DNA of 64,000 bases, taken from assembly GCF_009914755.1 (NCBI RefSeq), contig NC_060926.1. One strand, given 5' to 3'. The DNA comes from the human T2T-CHM13v2.0 reference genome, Homo sapiens. Both the position numbers and the translations under genes were made by a program. Shown piece by piece: positions 26,721-41,272 of the stretch (position 1 is its first letter; each line of letters starts with the position of its first letter). The notes beneath the pieces were generated by a model. That model was not told where the DNA came from and made no database searches. It was given only the letters and a program-made list of their open reading frames with translations.

Positions 26721-26853
26721 CATCCCCTTCTCCTATTTAGCCTGAAATGGTCATATTTTCTCTGCTACAGTACTTGGAAGAAGAGAGTTTCATCCCCTTT
26801 TTCTGCTAAGTCTGAAATGGTCAAATTGTCCTTGCTATAGTCCTTGGAAGAAG
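26721..26853. repeat. Diverged tandem duplication, period 70 bp
   Basis: 'catcccctt...ctgaaatggtca...tgcta.agt.cttggaagaag' starts at both 26721 and 26791. Confidence 0.85.
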
Positions 26854-27384
26854 CTTTATCTAGGCATTGTCAGTTGGGCAATCCAACATGATGCTTTGAC
26901 TTTTTAAAGGCTGATTCAAAGCTGTAGAGTATAGGAAATTCTGTACCAAGGTGCCAGGTGCATCAAATGTTCAGACCGGAAGTAGAATATAGCATCCAAC
27001 TGAGCACTTGGGATTGTAGCAAGAGGTCACTTTGTTTCTGGTACATGGCCTCCCTTCATTCCTGCCCATTGTATAAGCTGGTCATCTAGCCATTCCAGTG
27101 ATGCTAGGCATTGTCCAACATCCTATGAATCCATTGTCTTACTAGCTGCCTAGTGCTAGTTTATATTATTTGAAGTGAATAACCCTGAATAATGCACATT
27201 ATTCATAAGAACCCCCATAATCTGAATCTCATACACTCCTTTGACTACATCTTTTCCCAGCTCCCCAGTGTGCACTAAGTTTCAGCCAAGGGGTCTAAGT
27301 AATCTTTCTTGAAAATGCCATTGCTGTTTCTGTCATGCTATATTACATTTACTATTTCAATTTTTTTTTTTTTATTTAACAGTG

Positions 27385-27775
27385 ACTCAAAAGCTTAGTG
27401 GCTTAATATAACAATGATTTGTTATGCTTAGTCATTTAGTGGTTGGACTGGGCTGGAAGGTCCAAGGTTTGAACAGTCTTCACTTACATATCTATTAGTT
27501 GGCACTCTGCCACATTTCCCCATGTGGATAGCTTGGGCTTCCTCACAGCATGGTGGACTCAGGTAGACAGATACCTTATATACTGGCTGACCTTGAAGAA
27601 TGAACATGGAAGGTACCGTGCTGCTGAAAAGCAATGCCAGAGCTTATCCACCACTGCATCTACTATAGCGTATTGGTCAGAGACAGCCTGAATTCAGGGC
27701 TCTGCCCTTTGGTAGGAAGAGTAGCATGCATTTATAGGAGTGGAGAAATCATGGCAGCTATCTATGGAGACTACT
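27385..27775 (-). mobile_element. Old MLT1-type LTR
   Basis: 'cttagtggcttaatataacaatgattt...gcttgggcttcctcacagcatggtgg'. Confidence 0.65.
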
Positions 27776-27978
27776 GCTTTTGCTCTCCCCTTTGTCTGTG
27801 GCTCTCAGTTGTGGCTTCTTATGGGTACTTAGTTCTCAATTTAAACATCTCCTCAGAAAGGAAATTTCTGAGCCCCATATAATATTGGTCTCACCCATTT
27901 TATTTTATTTATGAATTTATCACTTCCCTAAATCTCCTTGCTGGGGAAAAAATAAACCAAAAAAAGAAATTCTGCCTG

Positions 27979-28334
27979 GATTTTATTATGAGTGCAAAAG
28001 GAAGTCATTGTAGGGTTTTAAGCAGGGGTGTAATGTCATCTGACAATCATTTTGAGAAGATACCTCTAGCTACTGGATAATAAGATACTAAGAATAAAAT
28101 TAGGAAGATTTCTCAGGAAGAAATTAGTGATTCATGTAAGAAATCAGGTGGCTTGAAAAAGGCTATTGGCATTGAAACTGGAAGGCAATAGACAGATACA
28201 GGATGCATTTTAGAGGATGAACCAACAAAATACTTTGATGGCCTGGATGCAAGGTAAATGTGAAGAACAAGAAAAATTCAAGAAATAATTTGATGTTTTT
28301 GGCTAATGTTTTCAGGAACTGGGAAGATGATGAG
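27979..28334 (-). repeat. Right arm of a local inverted duplication (L2-derived)
   Basis: Reverse complement aligns along 26267-26615 and shares private features of that L2 copy. Confidence 0.9.
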
Positions 28335-28512
28335 TTAATAATTTTAATTCTAGATATCTTATGGAAAACTAATAATAGACATTGTCTTCCCCAGTGGAAA
28401 CTATTCCACTGCATTCCAGTCTCCTGGCTTCTAGTGTGCTTATTTAGCATCTTTAAATATGCTTTTAGTTTTATTGCAAGGTAAGACTGCATGTGGTACT
28501 CAGCATATAACT

Positions 28513-28712
28513 CCTGGGTCATCCAATTTACAGCCCATGGACGAAATCTGGTCCAACAATTGTTACTGGAAATAAATTTTATTCTGACACCACCAGTCCC
28601 ATTTATTTGTGTGCTGCCTGCAGCTGCTTTCATGCTGCAGTAGCTGTGAAGGAGACTCACAAAGACTGAAATACTTGTTCTGGCTCTTTACAAGGAAAGG
28701 TTCCCGACTCTT
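28513..28712 (+). mobile_element. MER58A-like hAT-Charlie MITE
   Basis: 'tacagcccatggacgaaatctgg...aaataaattttatt...gctgctttcatgctgcag...ctggctctttacaaggaaagg'. Confidence 0.7.
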
Positions 28713-30005
28713 GCTACATCCTCCTGTATGACTTTTCTATTTTATGTGATGTGAAAATGAAGTACTGTGATATGATATAAAACTTATGGAAATCTGGGGC
28801 TAAAGTTATAAATTTTTGTCAAAGGCAAACACTTCAGGTCTTTCTACTGCTCTCAACTCCCACCCCTACCTTTGTGTCACTAACCTTAGGGGAGAGCAAG
28901 GTGTGCATTCATGTGCATTCATGGCATTTCATCAGTGAGTACAGATGCGGCAACCCAACTCCATGGCTTTCTGAGTGAGAAAAATGTTTCGATCATTGAG
29001 GGGACCATAAAGTACTAAAATTAAAGACTTACATTGGGCATGATTTCAGTATTGAAGGATAATTTGAGAAGCAAGTATCTTAAAAAAAGTATTCTTTATC
29101 TTCCTCCAGTTTCCTAATTTGAAAGTGATTAAGACATAGCCCGAGGCTCTGCTTCAGAACCTAAGCATCTGTGTCTGTCAAGTTAAACAAACAAACAAAA
29201 AAAAACAAATGGAGAGAGAGAGATGGTAAGAATAAATGTGGCCACAAGACTAGATTTATATTGAAGAGAAGGATCTCCATCAGCTGGTTAATGATATGCT
29301 ATCATCAACAAATTCACTCAGCAATGGCTTTCTGCTTGATGCTGGGCATGCTTCTCTCATTTCACTTGCGTCCCTAAGTCCTCTACAGAGTTAAAAATAC
29401 ATGAAGGAATAAATATATTAATTAATGAATATGTACTTTGAAGTTGATTTTTAGAATACCAGCATACTTTCATGAAAAATTCAAGGCAAGATGAACCTGG
29501 TATTATTCAGAATGTTTCCAAAGATAAGAAAGTTCCTCCTCTTGCCCAGGTTCCAGCCCCTGTGTTTAACCTGACAAGAACAAAACTACATTCCTACATT
29601 CCTCTCACCTACCTTTGTCTTCTTGCCAGAATATTTTCTCTCATGAAGAGAGGGGAGAGTGGAGGTACATTCGTTTTTCACTACAGCTTCTTATGATTAT
29701 TCGTGCTGCTTCTAACAACAGATGCCACCCTTGAACAGGCAGAAGCCCATCTTTCTCCACCATTTGGTATATAAAATTTTCTGAAATCAGCTTTGATTTT
29801 GGGCCTCCCATGAATAGAGTCAGTTTCCACAACTGTGGGGCCTCTTAGGCGATATAGTAAAATAAGTAATCAACAGACCTGACATTATTCTTTAACTTTT
29901 AACTCTAAGTTATGTATTGTAACAAAATGGCATGGTGGAAGGAGGAAGTTCTCTAGTGGAAAGATGTATGTTTAAATTCTCTTGTTAATATTTTGTCAAA
30001 GATGC

Positions 30006-30436
30006 TATACTAGGTAGGATAACAGGCCCCCATGATGTTCTTTTCCTATTCTCTGGAAGATGAATATGTCAGGTTACGGAACAAAGGGGAATGAAGGCTG
30101 CAGATGGAACTCAGGCTGCTAATCACCACCTCTCTGACTTAGAAAGAATATCTGGAAAATGGAGGCAGAACATTCAGTGTCAGAGGATGTGACGTAGAAG
30201 ACTCAAATGGTTCCTTTTGGCTTTGAAGATAGGAGGGCCCTGAGCCAAGGGATGAAGTAGCCTTTAGAATCTGAAAAAAGCCGGGAGGAGATTCTCTCCA
30301 GAGACTGTGGAAGACAGTGTACTCACCCAACATATTGACTTTAGCCCAGTGAGACCTGTCTCAGATTTCTCATCTATGTGCCTGTAGGATAATCTGTTTC
30401 CCTGCCGTTTCCCAGCAGCAGTAGGAAATTAAGACA
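30006..30436 (+). mobile_element. MLT1D-like LTR
   Basis: 'caaaggggaatgaaggctgcagatggaa...ggctttgaagat...gagccaaggg...gactttagcccagtgagacc...cagcagtaggaaattaagaca'. Confidence 0.75.
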
Positions 30437-31377
30437 CTGAGATACATGGATACTGAAATTGTTTGAAATATCAAACACAACAAAATACACCCATTAAAAT
30501 TAGTTTTACTTCAGTGAAAACAATTTTAATTCAGTGAAAACAATTCAGTTTAGATTTTTCACTGGAGCACATGTCACAACAAGAGGAAAAAGAAACCTAT
30601 TTGCAGTATATTTAACAATTATGTGTCACTATGAAAATTCCCGCAAAGTCTGCCCTTTGCAACAACTTTCTATCTTGACTTCTTTGATTTGGCACCTTTT
30701 ATAGCCTCCTACTTCTAATTATATTTCTTCTCATTCCCCTGTTTTTCCACATTTCATTTCTATATCCATTCTTTTCACTGGTGACATTTTCCATTTTCAA
30801 GGCTTTAACAACCCCTGCCATCTTGATGGGGTTAACCATATTCCACAAGCCCTGATATGTGTCTCAAGCTGAATTCCCACCTTTCACCTGTGTATGTGGT
30901 AACCTCTCCCCCACTATACCCAGTCTACCTTGCATGTCTCTGGAAACAACACTCCAACACACCCTAAACTAAAACCTCAACCCCACCTCTACCTGCATCC
31001 TGCTTATTCAGAGTTTCAGGAGCAACACCTCTTTCCTCTAAGTGGCTGCACCAAGAATCTCAATGTTTTGCAATCACTCTTTCCACATCTAATCAGCTGT
31101 AAATTCTAATTCTTGCAAATGCTCAAATGACACTCATATATTTTTCTATTCTAAGAGTCTACTGGCAGAACCTTATTTTAGGAGACCTTCTAATTACTCT
31201 TCCTGCCTTCTGCCACTTGTCCTAATCAGTGCCATATTCTACAACCTGCATAATTAGAAAAGCAATTTTTTTTGGCCCCAGAACCTTCAGATATTGGTCA
31301 TTGTCCCAAAATAAAGTGTGAGTCCCTAACAGTGATGTTCCACATTTCCATAGTACAGGGCTAGAATATTTTTCCAT

Positions 31378-34300
31378 ATATGTTTCCTATTATTTTTTTC
31401 TCTCAGGATTCATTCATACTGTAAAAAAATATTGAGGACACAAAAAAGCTCCTATTTATGTGTGTTAGATTTATAGGTAGTGTTTTAATCCATTTTCACA
31501 CTGCTATAAAGAACTACATAAGACTGAGTAATTTATGAAGAAAAAAAGTTTAATTGACTCACAGTTCTACATGGCTGGGAAAGCCTCAGGAAACTTACAA
31601 TCATGGCAGAAGGTAAAGGGGAAACAAGGTATATGTTACATGGTGGCGAGAGAGAGAGCAAGTGGGGAAGTGCCACGCTTTAAAACCATCAGATCTTGTA
31701 AGAACTCACTCATTATCACAAGAACGGCATGGGGGTAACTGCCCCCATGATTCAAGCACCTCCCACCAGGTCCCTCCCTTGACACTTGGGGATTATGGGA
31801 ACTGTAATTTGAGATGAGATTTGGGTGGGGACACAGGACCACATCATATTATTCTGACTGTGGACCCTCTGAAATCTCATGTCCTTCTCACATTTCAAAA
31901 TGCAATCATGCCTTCCGAAGAGTTCCCCAAAGTCTAAACTCATTCTAGCATTAACTCAAAAGTCCAAGTTAAAAGTCTCATTGGAGACAAGGCAAATCTC
32001 TTCTGCCAATGAGCTTGTGAAATCAAAAGCAAGTTAGTTACTTCCAAGATACAATGGGGATACAGGCATTGGGTAAATATCCCCATTGCAAATGAGAGAA
32101 ATTGGGCAAAAAGAAGGGGCCACAGGCCCCATGCAAGTCTGAAATCCAATAGAGCACTCATTAAACCTTAAAGCTCTGAAACGATCTCCTTTGACTCCAT
32201 GTCTCATATCTAAGTCAGACTTATGCAAGAGGTGAGCTCCCACAGCCTTGGGCAGCTCTGCCTCTGTGGCTTTGCAGGGTGCAGCCCCCTTCCAGGATGT
32301 CTTCATGGCTGGTGTTGAGTGTCTGCAGCTTTCCCTGGCACACTGTGCAAGCTGTCAGTGGATCTACCATTCTGGGGACTGGAGGATGGTGGCCCTCTTC
32401 TCATAGCTCCCCTAGGCAGTGCCCCAGTGGGGACTCTGTTTGGGGGCTCTGACCTCACATTTCCCCTCCTCACTGCCATAGCAGAGGTTCTCCATAAGGG
32501 CTCTGCCCCTGTCAGAGACTTCTGCCTAGACATCCAGGTATTTCTATATATCCTCTGAAATCTAGATGGAGGCAGGCCCAACACCACATGCAAGCTGCCA
32601 AGGCTTGGGGTTTGCATCCTCTGAAGCAATGGCCAGAGCTGTACCTTGGCCCCTTTTAGTCATGGCTGGGGCTGAAGCTGAAGCAGCTGGGACACAGGGC
32701 ACCATGTCCCAAGGCTGCACAGAGCAGAAGAGCTGGCCTAGAGAACCATTTTTCCCTCCTAGGCCTATGGGCTTGTGATGGGAGGGGCTGCTGTGAAGGT
32801 CTCTGAAATGCCCTGGAGACATTTTCCCCATTGTCTTTGTTATTAACTTTCAGCTCCTTGTTACTTATAAAAATTTTTGCAGCTGGCTTGAATTTCTCCC
32901 CCAGAAAATGGGTTTTTCTTTTCTACCTCATTGTCAGGCTGCACATTTTCCAAATTTTTATGCTTTGCTTCTCTTTTAAACATAAGTTCCAATTTCAAAT
33001 CATCTCTTGGTGAATTCACATGACTGTACACTTTCAGTAAAAGCTAGGTCACATTTTGAATGCTTTGCTGCTTAGAAATTTCTTCTGCTAGGTATGCTAA
33101 ATCATCTTTCTCAAGTTCAAAGTTGTACAAATTTCTAGGGCAGGGGCAAAATGTCACCAGTGTTTTTGCTAAGGCATAGCAAGGGTGACCTTTGTTCTAC
33201 TTCCCAAAACTTCCTCATCTCCAGCTGAGAACAGCTCATACTGGGCTTCATTGTCCATATCACTATCAGCATTTGGGTTACAATCATTCAACAAGTCTCT
33301 AGGAAGCTCCAAACTTTCCCATATCTTTCTATCTTCTTCTGAGTCCTCCAAACTGTTCCAACCTCTACTCATTACCCAGTTCTAAAGTCAATTCCACATT
33401 TTCAGGTATCTTTATAGCAATGCCCCACTTAGCTTAGTATCAATTTTTTGTGTTAATTCATATTCACACTGTTATAAACAACCACCTGAGACTGGGCAAT
33501 TTATGAAGAAAAAAGGTTTAATTGACTCACAGTTCCACATGGTTGGGAGACCTCAGTAAATTTAGTTGTGGTGAAAGGCAAAGGGGAATTAAGGCACATC
33601 TTACATGGTGGCAGGAAAGAGAGAGAGAGAGTGAGGAGGGAGGTGCCTCACACCAGATCTTGTGAGAACTCATTATCATGAGAACAGCAAGGGGGAAGCT
33701 GCCTCCTTGATGCAATAACCTCCCACCAGGTTCCTTTCTCAACACACGGGGATTATATTTCAAGACGAGATTTGGGTGGGGACACAGAGCCAAACTCTAT
33801 CAGATAGAAGTTAAAAGTAAAACTTTTAAATTCTTTATTCATTAATTAATGTCAAAGTAATAATGATATTTCTATTGTGTACAAACATAGCATTTGGGGG
33901 GATAAAAACCTGTATTTTTCAAAAGAAAAATTACTGAAAAGATTGACATTATTCATCTTAGCAAATCTCTTTAACATCTGGCTCCATAAATGACAGCTGG
34001 ATTATCATATATGCTTGTTGATTCAATCCATTTTCACATGTTGATTTGTGTAAAGTATATAAGAAAATCCAGTTTTACACAATTATGTACTTGGAAAAGG
34101 GAGTGATTTTTAAACAGACTTTCAGATGTTTGTGAATATTCTACTTAAATACAAATCAAACTTCAAGAAGTGGTAGTTTTTAAAATGTTACTTGCAATGT
34201 GAAATCTGAAGCCATGTAAATTAAGATTTTATACTATGCTACTTTATAGTATCTCAGCTTAATTTTCAGTCTGAACAGATAACTTATCTATCATGCAGTG

Positions 34301-35125
34301 ATCATTTGTAACATCAGTTATTGGTCATTGGAAAATATTAATTTATATAGATCATGCAAATGTTGATACATTTCATTGTATAACATCTAGAAATCACATG
34401 CATTACTATCACCACGAAGTTCATTTAAAAAGTCTTTAAGTACTGAGAAACTGTTAGAGTTATAGTGGCAAGCGTAACTTTCCCAAAGTACTAAATTTTT
34501 CTTGCAAGTTTGATATTTATCATAGGCAACCAATACTGTCACTTGTATTCCTTGAAGCATCAGTAATCCTTTACTCATTGTTGAGACAATATCTGCCTAA
34601 TATTTTGCATATCTCAGCCTGAGTAACCATAGTTTGTCTAGTAGCTCTTCTAAGTAAAAAATGGTGTTGCATGGAAATTGTCTAGTTCAGCATGTATAGC
34701 TCAAACAGTCACAGAAGCTCTTTTCCTGGAGGTAACCATTGTGCCCCCATATATGGCAGAAGTGCAATGCTTCTCATTTTTGTCTAACAGGATATAAGAC
34801 TTGTACTCAAAGCTTGAGATTTCATACAATTAATGATATTTAATATTTTTCAAAGATATTCCCAAGAGAATCTACATTTTTCCCTTTGTGTGTGAAGTAA
34901 TGAAGAATACAGGGATTACTTGTATGAACTGGAGCTACTGCCTTGATTCATGGTAAGATGCCAGCAGTTACATGCACTGTTGCTTTTGCATCTACAGTAA
35001 AAGCGCCAACAAAGTTTAAAAAGGCAAATAATGTCTTAGTGTTATTATGAAAATAGTTTTGACCTCATAGCCTCCCAGAAAGAATCTTAGGAACCATGAG
35101 AGGTCCACAGAGTATACTTGACATG
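31378..35125 (-). mobile_element. Charlie1a-like hAT DNA transposon remnant, split by the THE1D insertion (pieces ~31378-31480 and ~33803-35125)
   Basis: 'ctcaggat...aaaaaatattgaggac' at one end and 'ctgccttgattc...aaggcaaataatgtcttagtgttattatgaaaatagttttgacctc' at the other match the remembered Charlie1 termini. Confidence 0.75.
31481..33802 (-). mobile_element. Full-length THE1D-like MaLR provirus (LTR 31481-31851, internal region, LTR 33449-33802)
   Basis: Two direct LTRs flank a ~1.6-kb THE1/MST internal region. 5-bp TSD ggtag/gatag. Confidence 0.92.
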
Positions 35126-36787
35126 GCTAATCATTTTTGCTATTTTCACCCACAACCATAAGAAGACCCCAATTTTATGAAATTTAACAGAATGTCTTCA
35201 GGTCCAATGGGAGTTATGGAGAGTCACCTGCCTGTGTCTTCCTCCCTCACTCTCCTTTCTCCTGTGACCCCATCATGATCTCAAGGCTCACAGTCTTGGC
35301 AAGCCAAAGTCCTCACAAGTGTGCTGTGTGTCAACCTGTTCCACTTCCCATCTCCTTCGCATTGCTCACATCATTTGCTTGCTCAAAACTTTCCTCACCA
35401 TTGAACACCAAGCCAACAACAGAGTTTTCCTCACTCTCACATTCATTTTAGCTATAGTCCATAACTGGGACTTCACCTGGCTTTCTAGAATGAACTCTTC
35501 TTGAGGGCAAGGACCATTGCTAATTCAATTTACCTTCCAGAAAATGCAGAGGTAATAAAGGTTTGTTTAATATAATTGAAAATTTTTTCTTGAAAAAATC
35601 ATTTTCTGGGTGTCTATTTTTTTAGTAGCTGGAACATTCAATTCAAATAGTGTATATCTATCTTTCAGTCTCAAGAGTGTCTCCCACATTTAGCCCTAAG
35701 AAACATTTCTTGTCAGAATTTGATTGTTATTATAAAAAATTTCAAACCAAGATCATCCCCGTTTTAAAAGTTATAATTGGATAAAATGATAGAAACTCTT
35801 ACACCAGCCTAACTGCAATCTAACCCTCACTCTACCATTGAAGTTTGCCTTAATACTGGCGATCAAGTATATTTCCCTAGGGTGTCTTCAGTAGAGCCTG
35901 CGCTGCTGCTTCTTGAGTATTTTCAGGGAATTCTGTGCATTCCTTTCAAACGATACCACATGTGTGATTACTCTGACTCTCAGAGTCTTTACAGATTTGT
36001 CTACACTTGCTGGTAGCCTTACCCAGAAAACTAGATCCTTGGATTGTACAAGGAGAGCTCCCTGCCGATTAGCACCAACTGGTGCAGCACCATTTTCATA
36101 AGGCTTTGCGACTGCTGATGTGCAAACACGAGTTGCATTTGTTTCATTTCTAAGGATTCAGAAACTACTGATTTATGTCAAAAACAGGGGCTTTGTTCTG
36201 AATATTTTTGGGTAATAATTGTATCCTGGAGGTTCAGTCTATGGCAGGGAAGGAGAGGTTTATGGTTCCGGGTCCCAAGACTTAGAAAGGGACATCAGCT
36301 GTCACTGAGAAGACTGCAGAAAGTTAAAGGATGTTATGTGTCACCGACTGTAACTTTCGCAATAAAACAATGGAGGGAAGAAAACATACAGATCAAAAGC
36401 AGACATCCTGCTGGCTTTTGTACAGTAGGAGCCTTCACATTCATTTTCCTTCTTCTTTTTCTTTGAGAAGTGGACATGTGGCAGCAAAATGTGCAACAAA
36501 ACTCCACCATCACTAACAAATAATGACTAGAATTTCACACACATATTTTGAACTGAGTGATGATTTTTTAAAGTTGCTATGCACTACATGAACACATCAC
36601 TGTGCATTTGGAAAGTAAGCAACACAGAAAGGCTTCCTGGCTTATTAACTTTTATACATAGTCATTAATCTAGCATTTTATAGTCCTAAAATCTCTTTCA
36701 TGTATATTGTCTTATATCTCACCCCATCTCTGTGAGGTGGATATTATTTTCATTTTAAGGAAGTAATAACTGTTTTGATAAAGTAGT

Positions 36788-37190
36788 GTGTCAAGCAGAG
36801 ATGCATTCAGCTGTTATTCTGAAGTAGACAATCAAGCACTGTTTGGTGGCCCCTGGAAGTTACCAGAAACACAGATGTCTTCATTTTTCTGCTGACATCA
36901 TTTGTTTCTATCTTTAAGAGGTTGAGAGATGGCTACTGTAGGTCTAGCCATTGATTTGAATTTCTGGCCAGGAAAAGGGGAAAGACAGGAAGCAAAAGAG
37001 CATTCACTTCCTAGATGAGTCAGCCTACTTTAAAGGGTATTTTCTGGAACTTACACCAATGACTATTTCTGACCACATATAGTTGACCACTATATATATA
37101 TCTGCAAAGGAGACAGAGAAATGTAATCTTTTGCTTTTGCTTTGCCATTGCCATTCCAAATAAAAGTAGGATTCTTTTTCTGAGGAAGAA
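36788..37190 (-). mobile_element. Old MLT1 (J/K-like) LTR remnant
   Basis: 'gatgcattcagctg...agatggctactgtaggtctagcca...ctgcaaaggagacagagaaatgtaatcttt'. Confidence 0.5.
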
Positions 37191-37639
37191 GCGTAACCAT
37201 CTTCCTATAGATGGTTATTCTGTTACAGAGCTGAAGCTTTAAGCCAAATCCACCTCTCTCAGTCTACCATTTTGTATCTGAATTTACACTGAGGAAAAGA
37301 TATTTTTATGTTTACTTCTGTCTATTGCTTCCCATGCAATATTCTTATTTGAATACTTACCTCTAGAGAAGCTTTAAGACTATACACTATGCACAATATT
37401 CTAACTCTTTCATAATCTCATATACTCATAGGGCTTCAGTCTTTTTTTTTTCTACTGACACAATTTTTAAGTCCTTCTCCGTTTCTTGTACTTTTTGAAC
37501 TATTTATCAGTCTCTTCCCACTCTCAAAACAAAGCCTGTCCCTCTACCTTGTGCAGCTCATTCTCTCTTTCTGATTATGTCTTTAATTTCAAGGGCACCC
37601 ATATTCCCCAGAGTTTCAACTGAAGTGGCTCCATATCAA

Positions 37640-38410
37640 TGATCCCGCAACTCGCAGTAGAAGCAAACGTAAATCTTCTCTGAAAAAAAAATCTTCAGGT
37701 TAGGGATTCTGGTTCTCCATAAATTAAAATCAATGAAATATGAGAGACCACAATTAAAAATCAGCAAACATGCAAAATTGTCATCATCATGTATGAGAGT
37801 CAGATAGAAAAGCAAACATTACATTTAGACTCCCTGATATTGAAATTATAAGATAAGCAATACTTAGCATTGTGCATATGAAATATATTTATGGCTTTTA
37901 AAAATTAATAAACTGAGAAAGCCATAAAATCTATTCAAAATCATGAGAGAGCTTTGAAAAATAACCATATAAAATGTTTATATGTATATATGTACATATG
38001 CGTGTGTTTGTACTATATATTTGTATACATATCCATACATGCATATATACCTACATATAAGACATAATAATTCAATTAATTATTAAATAGCTGATTAAAG
38101 AAAAATGACAGATTCACTAATGGATCTGCAAAAATTACCTAGAATGCAGCCCAGAGGCACAAGTCAGAAAATATGAAGAATTCAAGAGGTAAGGAGAATA
38201 TTATGAGTAATTCTACCAAACATCTAATGGGATTCCAGAAGAAGAGACTACAAAGAGAAAAGGAAGAAGATATTTGACCAGATAATAAAAAGCAAGTCTT
38301 TATGACTAATGAAATAGATCAATCCAAAGTAAGATCCAAAGTTAGAGGGAAAGCATAACATGTACCAGACAGAATAAATAAAAAGAAAACTGTGTTTCGA
38401 TGAATGGTAG
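37640..38410 (+). mobile_element. Old L1 ORF1-region remnant
   Basis: A-rich degenerate L1 text such as 'aaaattacctagaatgcagcccagag' and 'catctaatgggattccagaag'. Confidence 0.5.
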
Positions 38411-38412
38411 TG

Positions 38413-39801
<1,389 letters not shown>

Positions 39802-39804
39802 TAA

Positions 39805-40536
<732 letters not shown>

Positions 40537-40746
40537 ACAATGAGATCACATGGACAGGAAGGGGAATATCACACTCTGGGGACTGTTGTGGGGTGGGGGG
40601 AGGGGGGAGAGATAGCATTGGGAGATATACCTAATGCTAGATGACGAGTTAGTGGGTGCAGTGCACCAGCATGGCACATGTATACATATGTAACTAACCT
40701 GCACATTGTGCACATGTACCCTAAAACTTAAAGTATAGTAATAACG

Positions 40747-40799
40747 AAATAAAATAAAATAAAATAAAATAAAATAAAATAAAATAAAATAAAATAAAA
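40747..40799 (+). repeat. (AAAAT)n patterned L1 tail
   Basis: About 10 perfect AAAAT units read directly. Confidence 0.95.
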
Positions 40800-40904
40800 G
40801 AACGTGAGGGTTCTGGTGAAAAAAAAACAAACAAAAAAACCATGAACTACAAATTCAAAAAGAGGTTTTAAGTAGAGAAAAGAGATTACTTAAAAATAAT
40901 TGGA

Positions 40905-41272
<368 letters not shown>

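Noticed and set aside
28163-28660. 165-aa minus-strand ORF
   Set aside because: It spans L2-derived and MER58-derived sequence, has no recognisable domain, and is probably a chance frame.
30510-30546. Small tandem duplications (ttcagtgaaaacaatt x2; also caagatagga x2 at ~6852 and a duplicated motif at ~58294)
   Set aside because: Ordinary slippage-scale duplications with only two copies and no spacers, so not an array or CRISPR-like structure.
31535-33793. Cluster of 60-110 aa ORFs
   Set aside because: All lie within THE1 LTR or internal sequence and are broken into short frames.
36068-36092. REST/RE1-like 'ttagcaccaactggtgcagcacc'
   Set aside because: Spacing and the right half-site deviate from the RE1 consensus, so support is too weak.
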